Of a DNA stretch of 64,000 nucleotides, positions 1-13,099 are shown in pieces (positions within the stretch are counted from its first letter, which is position 1; the number at the start of each line of letters is the position of its first letter). A program made the translations under genes and the position numbers. This DNA is from Amoebophrya sp. A120 (Eukaryota; Protista; Dinoflagellata). Under the pieces are notes generated by a model. That model saw nothing but the letters and a program-made list of their open reading frames with translations. It ran no database searches and had not been told where the DNA came from. The DNA lies in the NCBI GenBank assembly GCA_905178155.1, contig CAJINV010000001.1, positions 3,463,675-3,527,674 of the forward strand, given 5' to 3'.

Positions 1-777
1 AAAACAAAGTTGGAGAATCCAGCATACTGGCCGGGCGAAGTGCTCGCGAAGGCCGAGCGGGACGAGGGGGTGGAAGGAGAGCAGGAGGAGATTTACAACT
101 CCGAGCAGAGATTTTATCAACACGCTGGGGGAGCAGGTCATAGTCATACCACTTCTTCTGCAGTAGAAACAAATTTGAACAACTTATCATCAGCGTCGAA
201 ACTACCCGCCTGGTCCTACCTTACCGCAGTTCATGATCATGCTGATCAAGGGCATCAAGCTGTCGCTCCGCAGCATCAAGAAGACCACCTCCGGAAACAA
301 GCAGCACAAGAGACCTTGACCTCCGAAGAGGAACAACGGCAACTCCCAGTCGAGCCCTCCTCGGAGCGCACCGACTGCCCAGCTTCCTGGAACACCACCG
401 GCGGCGGAGGCGGCGTGCCGGTTTCTATCCCTGGCCGGCTGTTGAAGAGCTTTCGAAAAGGGGTGAAGCCCCCGGAGGACCTGACGTATTTTGGCAGGAA
501 GAAAAAATTCAAAATGCCCTTCCAGTACGAATACCGAACGTGGGAGGAGTACAGCAACCGCTTCGAGGAGCAGGAACAGCGGGAATTCAGGGTGCAGCTT
601 CCGCCACGGGTGCTGGAAAATCCCAAGTTCGAAACCGGGAAACCGCCGACCCTGCTGGAGCTCCGGGGGCTAGCCGCTCCGAAGCGCCGTGCGGGGGCTT
701 TGCGCGGGTTCGGGAAAGGAGTAGCGGAAGAGTCGAGGGAGATAAATAAATCCGGCACGGCGAGAAGGAGGCGGTGA
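1..777 (+). CDS. 3' part of hypothetical protein (starts upstream of window)
   Basis: Open frame from the window start to TGA 775-777, followed by an AT-richer intergenic region; no recognisable domain. Confidence 0.55.
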   Translation, partial: KTKLENPAYWPGEVLAKAERDEGVEGEQEEIYNSEQRFYQHAGGAGHSHTTSSAVETNLNNLSSASKLPAWSYLTAVHDHADQGHQAVAPQHQEDHLRKQAAQETLTSEEEQRQLPVEPSSERTDCPASWNTTGGGGGVPVSIPGRLLKSFRKGVKPPEDLTYFGRKKKFKMPFQYEYRTWEEYSNRFEEQEQREFRVQLPPRVLENPKFETGKPPTLLELRGLAAPKRRAGALRGFGKGVAEESREINKSGTARRRR

Positions 778-1300
778 CTTGCTTTATAGATACTGGATGT
801 AGTAGATCCGGATAATTCGCAGTTTCATGTATGTTTCAGATTTCGATGTTCTAAAAATGTAATTAGCTGTTTTTGATGAGAATGGTCACAATCACATTTA
901 CAGGCTCTGTTTTCACGTTTTTGTTTCCTCTTTTGTTTCGGATGAATTTGCATTGATGTTGGACGCCACGAACGACCTGTTTCTGATTTTGGACGCCACG
1001 AATGACCACATAATTTGTTGATACGCACAAGTCAACGATGAGCTACAACTTCGAAGATGTTGCCATCAATTTTCTTGTTGTGCTTTTTTTTTCGCGTAAG
1101 TCGTGCGGAGACCTACGTAGTCTGAAGCGTTTTCTTCACTCGGTGTAAAAACTCGCTGTTGTGAGCGAAGAGTGCGGATTGTGCTAGCAAGAGGTAGAAG
1201 TTGTGCCTGGGATTGAGCACAGCTTGTTATCAGTCTACTTTCGCTGCCCTGCAGTCAGATTGCAATTCGAAACCAATTCTGTACGATAAGATTTTCAAAA

Positions 1301-3567
1301 ATGTCGTTACTTGCTCGTCCGCGTCCCGTCGTCGGAAGCAGTTCCTCTTCCTCCTCGTCCAGCAGCAATGCCCATGCCACGCCCAGCTACGCGTTGCACG
1401 CGAAGCAGCAGCGCAAGAAGCTTCTTCTCCAATCCCACTTCAACGCGGAGGATGGCACCCTTGCCGCGTTGGTGGAGAACAAAAACGCGCCGGTTTGTCC
1501 CATGTGCAAGGAAACGCTCCTACCGCGGAACGCGAAGCGACTCCCCTGCGGCTGCGGCTTCCACTTTGACTGCATCGACCCCTATCTGCGGCGGGAACTG
1601 CAGCGAAGCGCCAACGTACAGCCCGTGTGTCCCACGTGCAGGAAACCCGCGGTGGAAACCGTGTCGTCGATTATCGCCAAGAGAAAGCAGAAACTGTTAG
1701 ACGACCCAGGGAGCAAGCAGCAACGTATAGATAGCATACTGAACGAGGCAATGGCAGAAGTGAAGACCTGATTAGCCTGCTTCTGGATCCTTTGATAAAG
1801 TCATGTTCAGAAAGTAAGTAGGGGAAATCCCGTTTTTTAGCGGTGTCATTCGCTTCCGAAAAAAACAGCCATGTGTGTGTCGACACCTCGCGGAAGACTT
1901 TCGCACAACTTGCGCAAATATGGCCGCGGGGAGGACTATTATCAGGAGGTCGCCGACCTCTGGGGCGAAGACCAACACGAGGCAATTTCCGAGCTGCGAC
2001 GAAAAAGAGACGCGGCGTGCAAAGAAAAAAATGCAACGGTATTGTTTCATGAATAATTACAATTGCGTATTGCGACCTATGATGTATAGTGTTTCAGTGT
2101 ATTCGCTTTTCATTACCTTCGTTCTTTCGAACAATGGTCGCACTTTCTGTATAACATCATTTTCGAACCACTTATCAGTCCGCAGACGCGCTGTTCGAAG
2201 CTCGGGACGCTGAGATTCGTGACCGTTTCAGAGATTTCGTCGAAAACGGCGAGTATGAATTTGAATTACCAGAGTTCATGAGAATGCACCAAAGTAGCAA
2301 GCGGCTCACGGAAACGGATGCAGCTGGCGGTGCGGTCCCAGAGCCGGAAATGTCCACCACAGCTTCGGAGTCCGATGGCGTGATGAGTAGCAAGATGAAG
2401 TCCTTGCGTCTGTCCAGGAAGAATAAGATTAGTGGAGAAGTCGATGCGACAAAGCCAGCAACTGAAGACCAGGGGGCTAAAATTTCGTCCAAAGCAGGTC
2501 GCGAAAGCGAAAGCAGTGTACTACTCCCTACTTCCGCAGCTACTGACCACGACCGGATGACACCGCGGAGCAGCACAAATTTGAACGCTGCTAGTTCCGC
2601 AACCGCAGCTGCTACCCGGAGGACGAGTAAGATTCTTCCACTGAGCAAGCTTGAACAGAGGTCTCGAGTGAAGGTGCCGGGGTTGAAGCTGACGCCGCGG
2701 AACGAGGTGAGGAATCAAGATTTGTTACTGTACCGCAACCCAACGAGCATCTTGCGAAGGGAAGAAGCAGCTCCTTCCGCTGCGGATGGGAAGCAGGAAA
2801 AAGAAGATGGCGAATCGTCTCGAGTCCCTGATGTTGACTCTGGTTCTTGCAACAAGGAGAACGAGCCCCAGACCTACGTCGAGGAGGAAAACAGTTCCGC
2901 CGACGCAGAAGTTTTTCAACACCGCGAGAATACCAAAGCTGAGCCCCCTGACGCTCCGGATTCTCGATCGAACCTTTTGATGAATCGACGGGAAACCGTC
3001 GACGACGGGGTGGATGTTGATGATGAGCTTGCTCTTGTTGTTGCGCCTAATATTTTTAGCGATTTAGCAACAACACCGAGGGAAACGTCGAAGATCGACA
3101 GCAAAATGCGGGTAGCGATGAACGGAATGCGCAAACCCGCAAGGCGCAAAGGCGCTTTGTCGAAGATCCACGCTGCGATGGATATCGCGAAGGAAATCGA
3201 CGCGCAGCCCACACTATCCGTTGCAAATATGTCTGGGTCTGGAAACTTGTGATGCAAGTCCGTGAACAATAAGTGCTCTGTGATGCGCCGCCAAGCATGA
3301 CAAGGTTTTTCGTGCTTCCGTGCTGCGTATTTCGCATGAGAAATTGCGCCTCTGCATGACAGGCAAGAGGACCTCTTGGTGGCCACGCAATACAGACTGC
3401 AGAGTTACGCCAGACTAGCATGACAAACGTCGCAATCTACCAGACCCAGACATATTTGCATTTGATACACACTAAGTCTGACGGCGAATCGGAGGCTGAA
3501 CGAGGGCAGAGCTACGAAGAAGACGGGCAAGAAAACGGCGGGGGTGAAATTTGCGGTGGATGATTAG
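1301..3567 (+). CDS. RING-H2 finger protein, multi-exon
   Basis: CPMC...LPCGCGFHFDCI...CPTC motif in exon 1. GT-AG intron 2039-2185 joins in frame to ORF 2278. Removing the TIR element 3215-3472 gives a C-terminus ...QPTLSLTANRRLNEGRATKKTGKKTAGVKFAVDD*. The first intron (~1770-1888) looks non-canonical. Confidence 0.65.
3215..3467. mobile_element. TIR introner/MITE copy 1 (253 bp), TSD CACAC
   Basis: Starts TATCCGTTGCAAATATGTCTGGGTCTGG, ends CCAGACCCAGACATATTTGCATTTGATA; CACAC at 3210-3214 and 3468-3472. Confidence 0.92.
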
Positions 3568-4224
3568 TCACTACTTACACTGGCTTCAAAAAGAAGCGCA
3601 GCTGATTTTGTTTCAAACAGTGTCATGGCAAGTTGTGAAGATGAAAAGGAGTTTCTGATTGTAAAATGGGTATAGCGTAGTTCACGTTCTTGAAGGATTC
3701 ATTTCTTACTGTTTTTTGCCAGCGTCAGTCTCGAAAACCCAGATAAAGCGTGTTCCCCTTCATTGCAACTCAGAAAGTGGAAAAGATGAGATGCGCAGAA
3801 CTGAACAACGACGAGGCAGTGCAGCGTCTTCCCGTGTGCGTAAGTACCACAAGAAGTGTTGCAGCGTTAGAAGCAGAAGAAATACACATAGTAGACTAAA
3901 AAGCGAAAAAAACTTGATATCTTCCTGTACACTTTCACAAAGTAGCACACAGTACACTAGGCGTGATCAATAGTCGCTCGAAATGAGCAAGCACGAACTA
4001 CACAAAACGAGATAAAAACAGAGAATGACCCGGCTGCGTGCGCGTGACCGCCGTTGAACGAGGAGCGGACTGTAGCAAGAGTAAAGAATACCGGAAGTAA
4101 AGTTTCCCTTTGGGGCCGCAGGGGCTGCCACCCTTCTACACTACTCGGCACAACTTCGCCTCAACATCATTCTCTCCGGTGACCAGATAAGAAAAACACT
4201 TCCCCCACAAAAGTTCCCGCAGCC

Positions 4225-6693
4225 ATGGTTCGCCTTTCCGTCGCCTACGGCGAGAAGCACGAGCTGGAAAAGGAACACATCCTGGTCGCCTACCATGACA
4301 AAGTCTTCTACATACGAACCGTGGACTACTACCACACCACGAAGCCGACCAAGCAAAAGGTGCCCTTTCTGTGCGATGTGGGGAGCATGAAAAACACCTA
4401 TGGGAAGCTACCGAGGATGGACCAGCTGTCAGAAATACAGCACTTGATCAACGTATATTCAAAATTATGATAATTTTTGAAGATTAGTGTACTTGTGGCT
4501 TCCAGAAAAGTTATCTTTGTGATGCAAGTACACAGCGAGCAGCTTTTGGATTTGTCACACACTAAAAATGCATTTCATCGACTTCGCTCCTCCAGATTCC
4601 CGAGAAGAAGCTCCTGGTCACTGCGGATCAATCCGGCACGGTCGTCGTCACCGAAGGGCCGCCAAAGATGGATGTGATAAGAAGGGTCTGCACGGGCAGC
4701 GAAGTGTGCGCCATGGCCTACATAGAAAGTGCGGAGTTGAAGCCGTCACCGAAAAATCATGATTTCGGAATCCCGATGCTGGTGTACGCGTATAGGAGCA
4801 TATCAGGGGTTTATGGTATAGTAGAAAGTGTTGAACAAATTTCAAGATTAATTTTGTTGTGCCGGTCGTGGCGCATTTTGATTTTTAAGTACGACAGACA
4901 GTTACTCGCGCGCCATAAGAAGCGAGCAAAGGGTTGATTTTTAAGTACGAAGGAGCAGCAGCAGCGCGGAATGTGACTGCGTGTTGCACTGAGTGAATAC
5001 ATCGGGAGAAAGATCGAAAATTATCGCATACGAACAGGCGACGGCAAGAGCCGGATCCGATTCTGGAACTTTAAAGCGAACGAGATGCTGGCGGAAATCG
5101 ATCTCCCCTCGGAGTTGAACAACATTCTCTACTGTCAGGAGGTGAACGAGGTTCTCTGCTGTTGCCGAGCGGGCAAGATATGGAGAATTTCACCCGAACC
5201 GCTCAAGGGCAGGGGACCCGGGCAACCGACCCAGGAATTTCAGCTCGTGAAAAAAGACGTCAATCCTATGGACGTGGGGGAAATCGGCGATCACATCCTG
5301 AGGCTCTGGACATCAGGTGCTTAGATAGTACCACCTTCGTGTAGTTCTATTTGATGCGCGAGTACCAGAGGAGAAAGTTCTTGTCTTTGCTCAGTTCTTG
5401 CCACGATGAAAATTTGGAATTCAAACTTTCTTCACGCACACAACAGACGCCACCAAGCAAGCGGGTTGCCTTGCAGTTTCGCAGCAGGGTAAACTTAAAA
5501 TGTGGACGCTGGCGCCGGTGTTCGGTAGCTACTTGGAAGTCGACTGTCTCTACCACGTCGGGAACTGCACCAAAGCCGCCTTTCTGCACTACAAGAGAAC
5601 CAACCCATTATCGGTCACCGCGGAGGAGCAAAAGCGGTGCGAGCTCGAGGACGGGGACATGCTGATCATCGGCGGGGACGAACAAATTTCTTTCGTCAAC
5701 CCATACGACCTATCAAATGTAAAAATGTCTGGGTCTGGAAGGTTGGAACTTGTGATGCTAACTTTGGACTCTAAAAAATTCTGTATTGCATGACCAGCAA
5801 GAGGAGTCCGGTTTGTGCTACGCGTGGAGGGCATTTGTCATGCGAAATAAGCATCAGGAAGGCCTCTGAAAATCTGTGATGCTAGGGCTTCCATGGCAGA
5901 CATTATGCGTCATGCAAAAACAGCATAACAAATTTCGGATTCTTCCAGACCCAGACATTTTTACATTTGATACGACCTGGAAAAACCGTGCATGCGCCGC
6001 CTCGACTTCCGAGAAGGCGTCAGTTCGCTCACGCAGTGGAGGAACTTAGTGATGGTGGGGACGAAGTGCGGGTTGATAATCGGTATGACGAGCTAGTGGT
6101 GATGCAGATGTACTTAGTAGTTGCGTAGTATGATCCTTGTGGCTTTTTCTTCTAGGTGCAAAAATTGCAAGTAAGTAAGCTAACTGCCAAAAGAGCAGGA
6201 GGTCATCGTCCATTGTGAAGCAAAAACGCAGATGAAGTTGTTCCACCGTAAATGTTGAAAATCAGGCATCGACCCGTTTTCCGGGGTGCATCAGCTGAAG
6301 TTGCAGCTTGGGGTGAACGCGCCCATTGAGCAATTAGTCGGGGGCGTCGACGTTCTGCGGGCTGTGAACAGCCGGGGACGACTCGCAGTCTGGGCCTTGA
6401 AAGGCATCGACGTCGTCAGACTCGTGGAGCTCGAAGCAGAAAGCTGCGGCGTCTACAATGTTGGTACGGATGATCATATGTTCGGGCGGTGCGTGTTTAT
6501 TGTCACTAACTACCCAGAGCACGACGGAATTATGTATGATGTTGCCGTAGTTCATGGTAAATGCAAGAAAAAAAACGCGAAATATTAAACTCATCGTCCA
6601 GGTTCTTCTCAACTCCCCGCGGGCCACAATCACATCGGAGCGGGACCGCTAGAGGTCCACAGGCGCTTCGAAAAAGGACAAGACCGCTACTGA
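4225..6693 (+). CDS. WD40/beta-propeller-like protein, multi-exon
   Basis: Exon peptides LLVTADQSGTVVV, GDGKSRIRFWN, GKIWRI, GKLKMWT, GRLAVWAL resemble WD-repeat strands; 3' end approximate. Confidence 0.55.
5711..5972. mobile_element. TIR introner/MITE copy 2 (262 bp), TSD CGACC
   Basis: Perfect TIRs TATCAAATGTAAAAATGTCTGGGTCTGGAAG / CTTCCAGACCCAGACATTTTTACATTTGATA; CGACC at 5706-5710 and 5973-5977; removal gives NPYDLEKPCMRRLDF. Confidence 0.95.
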
Positions 6694-8488
6694 GCTGTTT
6701 TCGCTTGTTTTTTACAGTCAGGCGCTCCGATGATCACGAAAATTTACAATATGCAAAAAGTTAAAGTGATTTTGATGTCTAAACAGCGGGCTTCTTGTTG
6801 ACACTCGAATGAGCTCGCTTTACCTAACGCAAAAATGTTTGATGAATACGATCAATAGTCAGGATCCTATGAATCCGGATCCTGCTCTAGCTGAATATTT
6901 TCGAAATTAACTAAATTGGTTCAGAAAAATGCAGTTTGAGACGAAGACGCATCATTTCCACACCTTATGTATCCACTTATTGTAAGCGACTCTACGCCGG
7001 TTTCACATGAAAAATGCACTTTATTCCAACCTTTGTAACATGAAATCTTCTAGCACATCAATACGCCTCTCCCCCCCTACTAGGAACATGATCAAATGTG
7101 ATCTTCGCTGTGTATTATGAAAGCCGACTTCTGCTGTTTTGATGACCCATGTGTACAATGAGATTTTGTGTATGATATAAGAACAAGAAATCGGATAATT
7201 CTCTCTATCATGCAGGGCGCGAGGTAGTTGTAGCTTTAGAATTTACGAAAGAAAAACCTACCTGCAAAATAAAGCCGGCGCATCGGGCAGAGAAGATAAA
7301 GTAATTCTCAACCTGCTATGCCCGGCCAACTACCTCGACCTGCTGAAAGCTTTTTGGAACGCCCCGCGCTGAGAACGTCGAGAAAGAAAAGGAACCTCGA
7401 CGGAATCTGTTCCTCTCCACTTCGCGTTTCTCGCGGTTGTGTTGTATGAATGTATTCGCGGCGTGGTGTGGTCCAGGATGCGACTCCGTACACCACGTCG
7501 CATTCGTGCTACCCCGCGTGAAGATGATGATCCCAGCGATCATCACTCCGCAGCTTCTAGGCGATGTAAATAAAAAATGCTGAAATGTCGATGTCGAGCT
7601 GGTTTTTATCAGGTTTTCGCAAAGAGCACACGGTCGGTCTATTAAATGTTGCACACGGGTTGATGTTGATGTTGAAAGCAAGGTGCTTCAAAAAAAGGAA
7701 GATCAAATTGCTCGCGTGAAGACGGTGATCTTTTGCCAACATTTGGGAGAGACCAAGGAAAAATAAACGCATAAATGCCTAAGTACCGATATTAACACCG
7801 AGGGAAGTAGAGTGCTTTTTCGGGGTGACGCTTGTGACGCTTTTGATCTTCGGCTTTCCATTCGATGATTGAATCTCTTGCGTGCATGCATGTTGCCACA
7901 ACACTTCTTCTGAACAGCACTCGTGAACAAAAATCGAAAACGGTCGTTTTCGGCGAGCTAGATTTTCTTTTTTGAAGTAACTACCAGTACAAGCATGAAC
8001 AAACAATTTGCACGAAAAGATGTCGTGGTTTGTTTCGCGCAAAGTGGTGCGTTGTGGTTTTTAGAAATTATAGCAACATTCGAGTTTTTTCGCGGATTAC
8101 AACTTCACAACAGCAGGCACCTCTCAACGACGAGAAAGAAATATTTCTACCCCGAATGAAAGACTATTCTACCCAAATTTCCCTTCTCTTTACGACAAAG
8201 ATACAACATATGTTTAGCCATGAACAAAAGTTTTTTTCGCTGAATAGTACTTCGCAAATATGGAACTGGTCTTCATTCCTCGGTGTGCTCCTTCAAAGCT
8301 GCTGCACTCCTTCCTGAAGGGTTCTTCCACTCGCCGGCGTGGACCGTTCTTGGGACGATAAGGGTTTCGACGAAGAAGTGGTGCGACTTTATTTGGACGT
8401 CAGCACACGCACATAGGAAAGAAATCGCCAAATTACTTACACGCGCCGCCGGCACATCACCTTCACCACCTTTTCTTTCCTTTCCATC

Positions 8489-11400
8489 ATGTCGCTGGAC
8501 CCGACGGCGCCGAAATCGAGTGAGCAGCCCGCCGCACCACCCCCGGTACAGAAGATCGCCCCGATCTTCGGCAAAGCCGGCTCTTCCAGCGCAGCGGTGG
8601 CCGCCCAACAGCAAAGCTCGGGTTCCAATAACGTAGCGCAACCGGCGGAGCCACGGCGTCCGCATCACCAGCATCATCATGGGCGCAAGGGAGGTGGACA
8701 TCATCACCGGCGTAACAAGCACCACCATGGGAACAACAACCATGGTCACGGGCCACGTCACGGCCACGGTCACCATCGTAACCACCACAAAACCGCTGCG
8801 CAAAAGGAGAAGGAAAAGGAGCGCGAGGAGCGACGGAAAGCGGCAATCGAAAAACGGGAGAAGGAAGAGGCGGCCAAATCGCTGGTGTATTTTCAGCTCG
8901 TCGCGGAGGTGGGATCGAAACAGTCCGGGCGGGAGCAGGTGACTTTCGAGGGGCCAGAAGTAAACATCGAGGTGCTCCGGGAGCTGATCGCGGAAAAAAA
9001 GAAGATGCTAGCCGTAGATGTGGACATTTTGCACAAGGACGACAACCAACCGTACGGAAACCTGTTTTTTCATCATGTTTTGCTTCTCTAGTACAACACA
9101 TGGAATTTTTTTAGGAATAGCGAGTACAGTCAAGAATTCGTTGCAATGTAAATACAGAACTTCTGCTGCAGCTTCGAGTGAGATTTTTTACCGAATGTTG
9201 ATAAATCAATGGAAGTAGTTTGATTCGATAAAGATATTGATCCTCTGTTTGTGCGATCACTGCGGCATTATCATTAAGTTCTACTGACTTCCCTCTGACG
9301 ATGGATGATTGAAACGGGCCGTCGCTGCGGTTCCAGTCAATCGACCCTCTCCGCGTGCGTTCTTCATCCGCCTTCTTCTTTCAGTTTCAACTTTGTGAGA
9401 ATGAACTGAACTAAATACTTACAAGCAACATACTGCTCTGCTCTGTATTTTACACTCTGCACTTTTTTGTATACGATGCTGCGACGTGGGAAGCCGGATC
9501 TGGCGTTTGCTTGGGCATACTGACCCAGCGTTCTCGTCGACGGGCAAGGAATCAATTGCTGCGACTACTGCCGAACCCACTGCCTCCAGGGACAAGCAAT
9601 TCGGCCGATCATTTTGTGACCAGCTGCTGATCTTCCGCGTGCACAGGACCTATTCGAACCGGGTGGCGGGAAGTAGGAGTCAGTGCGGGCTGTCACTGCA
9701 GTATCTAAAGAAAGACAAGTGTGGTCCCCATTCCGGCTGGAACTCTCTTTTAGTGTGGTTCTTGCAAAAAAGCCAGCTTTCCAGCTAGCTATTCCCTATT
9801 CCAAAAACACCATCAGCAAACATTTCTCAGACAGGAGCGAGCCAAAACAAGCTCTTGTCAGGGACCGGACTGCTTTCGCTTGATTTACCGATTCTGGTAG
9901 AAATACTGCGAAAGTTGTTCTTAGATCATCAGTGGTACCAGATCTGGCTATCAGTCGCGGGAGCTGATCTACAACACGATACTGACTATAGATACAGTAC
10001 CACGACGCACATCCAAAGTCAGTCCATTGTCGGTTAGTGATCCGTGCTATCACACTTTGGCTACACGTGATCTGTGCTTGTACCTGGTGCTTCCTGGTCT
10101 GTGCAACTACTCGGTGGTGCATTCGCGTGACAGGACGCCAACGCATAGGCATAAACGTGACAGTCGTCCGTTTCGTTGACTAGACAGCAAATGGTGAATC
10201 GTCCTCTCTTCTAAAAATCGTTTCCTGTTTTGCTTGTCTTCGTATGTCAGATGCGAAATCTTGTGCATTCTTTTCACGAGGTCGTAGTGTTTTTTTGAAA
10301 AACCTACCGCAGAAAAGTACAAGAAACTACGTACAGGATTTTTTGCATTCGTCGCGTTGACGATGTGGCTCTCGTTGTGAGCCGTTTGCAATTTGCACTT
10401 ATGCACGGGAGGAGAGCCTGTATCGCACACCGTCACGCATCTTAAATGATTCGCAAATGAACTGACTCTCTTTTTCCCTTGCCGTTGGTTTGGTGTTGAC
10501 GTTTTTTGTATTGAAGGGCGCATGTTTATGCACATCTTTCACTTTCTTACACCTACTTCACGACATTCTCACATTTTTCAAATTGAGCAAGAAAGCAAAA
10601 TGCAAAAATGCTGGGTACAGGGGAAAAATGGTTCCGCGCGTGCAGCTGACTGCCAGCGCGCTGACGGCCAGATACGGATCTCTGAAGAAAAAACATCACT
10701 ATCTTCACTCCAGCATACTAAAAGGGGAACGCAACAACTCAACCACTTGATATAGTCGCTGCAATTTAATATTAGGGCAGGGCTCCACAACTCTTGGTCT
10801 TGGGGCCGCCCCTGCGTGCGCGTCCTCCTGCATCGAACTGCGGCAAGAAATCCATCCCATTTATTTTGCGACACTGCCCGCCTCCCATCCGCGAAATGTT
10901 TGAAAACAAAACAGGTACCCCAACGACATTAATATACCCTCGAAAACCTTTGTATGGGTGAAGCGACGACCGACTTTGAAGTCCCGAATTCAGATCATCG
11001 AGTCCGAGGCGGCTTCACGGGACTACAAGCCAACCCCCCAGTCGCCCTCCTCGGGCGAAGAAGAACCGAGTTTCCAGCAGGACAAGCAGTTCCTGCCCGA
11101 GCAGTGGCCCGCGGAGTTTTTGTGCCCGCGGTGCGAACAGCCGCTCGAAAATGCGGTCTTTCAGCGCTGCTGTCGCTCCATCGTCTGCGAGAAATGCGGC
11201 GTCGAAGATCCGAACGGGAACTGCCTCCTGTGCAAGGACATGTGGGAGGGCGCGGTGCCAGACATTATGATGCGAGGAGTGGTACAGATTGTGGTTATAT
11301 TCTTTCTTTGATGATGATTTGCGTTTATAGTCGATACTGATTGCCGCGCCCACATGTTGCATTGATTATCGTTCGTTGTATGCAATGAGAATGAACCACG

Positions 11401-13099
11401 ATGAAGGAATGAGTGTGACTTCGGATAGGAAAAAGAGAAGCTAAAGAACATTCGACAGAGGATATGAAATGACCCATAATTTTTGATCAACTTTTCCCAG
11501 CTTTCTTCCCTCCGGCGCGAGTGGTACTACCTGGCAAAAGACGGTCCGCCGCCCGAGGAGCTCGCCATGAGCCCGGTTGACGACGATGACGAGGAGCCCT
11601 CGCAGCCCAAGCTTCCCCTCGAGGATCAAGCCGAGATCAGCCCAATAGAGAAGGACAAGAGCCCGATGATTTTACAAGTTGGAGAATTCGAGGAAAATCA
11701 ACCGACAGCAGACGACCCATTCCACATTCCGGAACCGATCAGCACGGGGGGTGGGAATAAATCACCACCGACACGGCGGCCGGGGGAGAAGGCGACCTCC
11801 GAGAACAAGGCGACTGCATCTACAACTTCCGAACAACAGCCGCAACAACCGCAGCCGAAGCTCTCCGCGTCCGCCGCGCTCGCCGCGAAGTACGCCGCAG
11901 AGGAGGCGAAGAAGGCAGAGAGGGCGAAAAGGAAGAAGCTCCGAGCGGCCAAGTCGGACGCGCAGGCTGCTGGTGCGCTTAACGGCACAGCAGCCGGTTC
12001 GCAGGGCCCCTCGCCGGCGTTGTCCGTTAGTGTCCTGTCGGGAAGCAGCCCGCCCGTGCAGCCATTGGTTGCGCCTCCAGGGGTGGTTGTTCCTCCTGTC
12101 ACGACTCCTGCTGCTGTAGTAGTACCCGCATCCGCGTCTTCATCTGCGATGGATCATGTTGGTGTCGTGCAGCAACAAACCACTGCTTCGTTGGCTGTCG
12201 GAAAGACCGCTGCGAGTAGTAGTTCCAGCAGCTCGAGCCCAGTCATGTCTGCTTCTACTGGTGGACCGCAACTGCAAGCTCCTGTAATGAAATCAATGAA
12301 AAAGAGGATTGGGCTCGCGGGAGTCGGGCAAGCCGCGGTAGTGCGAAGTAGCCCGAGGGTATCTCCTGTGCGGCCGAAGATATCACCGCAGAGGACCGCC
12401 GCGATGGTGGCAGCAGGAAGTATGCAGGAGCCGGGGACAGGCACAGGCACAGGCTCGGCCCCCGCTCTTGTGGTTGCGCCGATATTACAACATCAAGGGG
12501 GTGCGGCGAGCACGGTGGGCTTATCGAGCAGTAGCTCGGCAGTTTTAACAAGCGAAAAGCCTCCTGCTGCAGCAGTAGAAGTACCGGCACCGAGCGGAAG
12601 CGGAGCTGCGACTTCCTCTGCCATGAAAACAATAACTCCATCTGATGCAACTGTGGGCAATAACAAATCCTCCGCAGCACCAGAAACCACAAACGCGGAC
12701 AGTACCTCGAGCGGTGATCCTTCTTTTGCGAAAATAGTAAACCCAACAACTGCAGCAACCTCCTTGGCCAAAACCACTACGACGAGCGCGTCCACCACCG
12801 GCGAAGCTCAAACTGCCATGACGACCGCTGCTTCGACAACGGCAACAGGAACAGGAACATCAGCTGCAGCTTCCTCGTCGACAGGAGCAACTGGCGCGAA
12901 GAAGGCGAAAAAGTTCCAAGTGATCGATGGGGTCGAGTACATAAAAACGAACGTTGGGCTCGTGCCCAGATCCGTGTACGAGCAGGCCTGGGCAGCGCAC
13001 GGCGCCGGAAACAAGACGGCCGGAACAAAGAAGAAAAGAAAACGAGAGCCGGACGAAGCGGATGACAAGGAAGGCGCAAAACAAATCAAGGGGGAATAG
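8489..13099 (+). CDS. RBBP6/Mpe1-like protein (DWNN ubiquitin-like domain + RING/U-box, low-complexity tail)
   Basis: LVYFQL...VTFEGPEVNIEVLRELIAEKKKM...NQP|YPNDINIPSKTFVWVKRRP across GT-AG intron 9052-10914 matches DWNN; PAEFLCPRC...CCRSIVCEKC...CLLC RING follows. Confidence 0.75.

Noticed and set aside
959-1007. Two copies of TTGGACGCCACGAAYGACC, 30 bp period
   Set aside because: Simple local tandem duplication with only two units
9640-9690. GGTTCGAAT B-box-like motif on the minus strand
   Set aside because: No cloverleaf could be built; not called a tRNA
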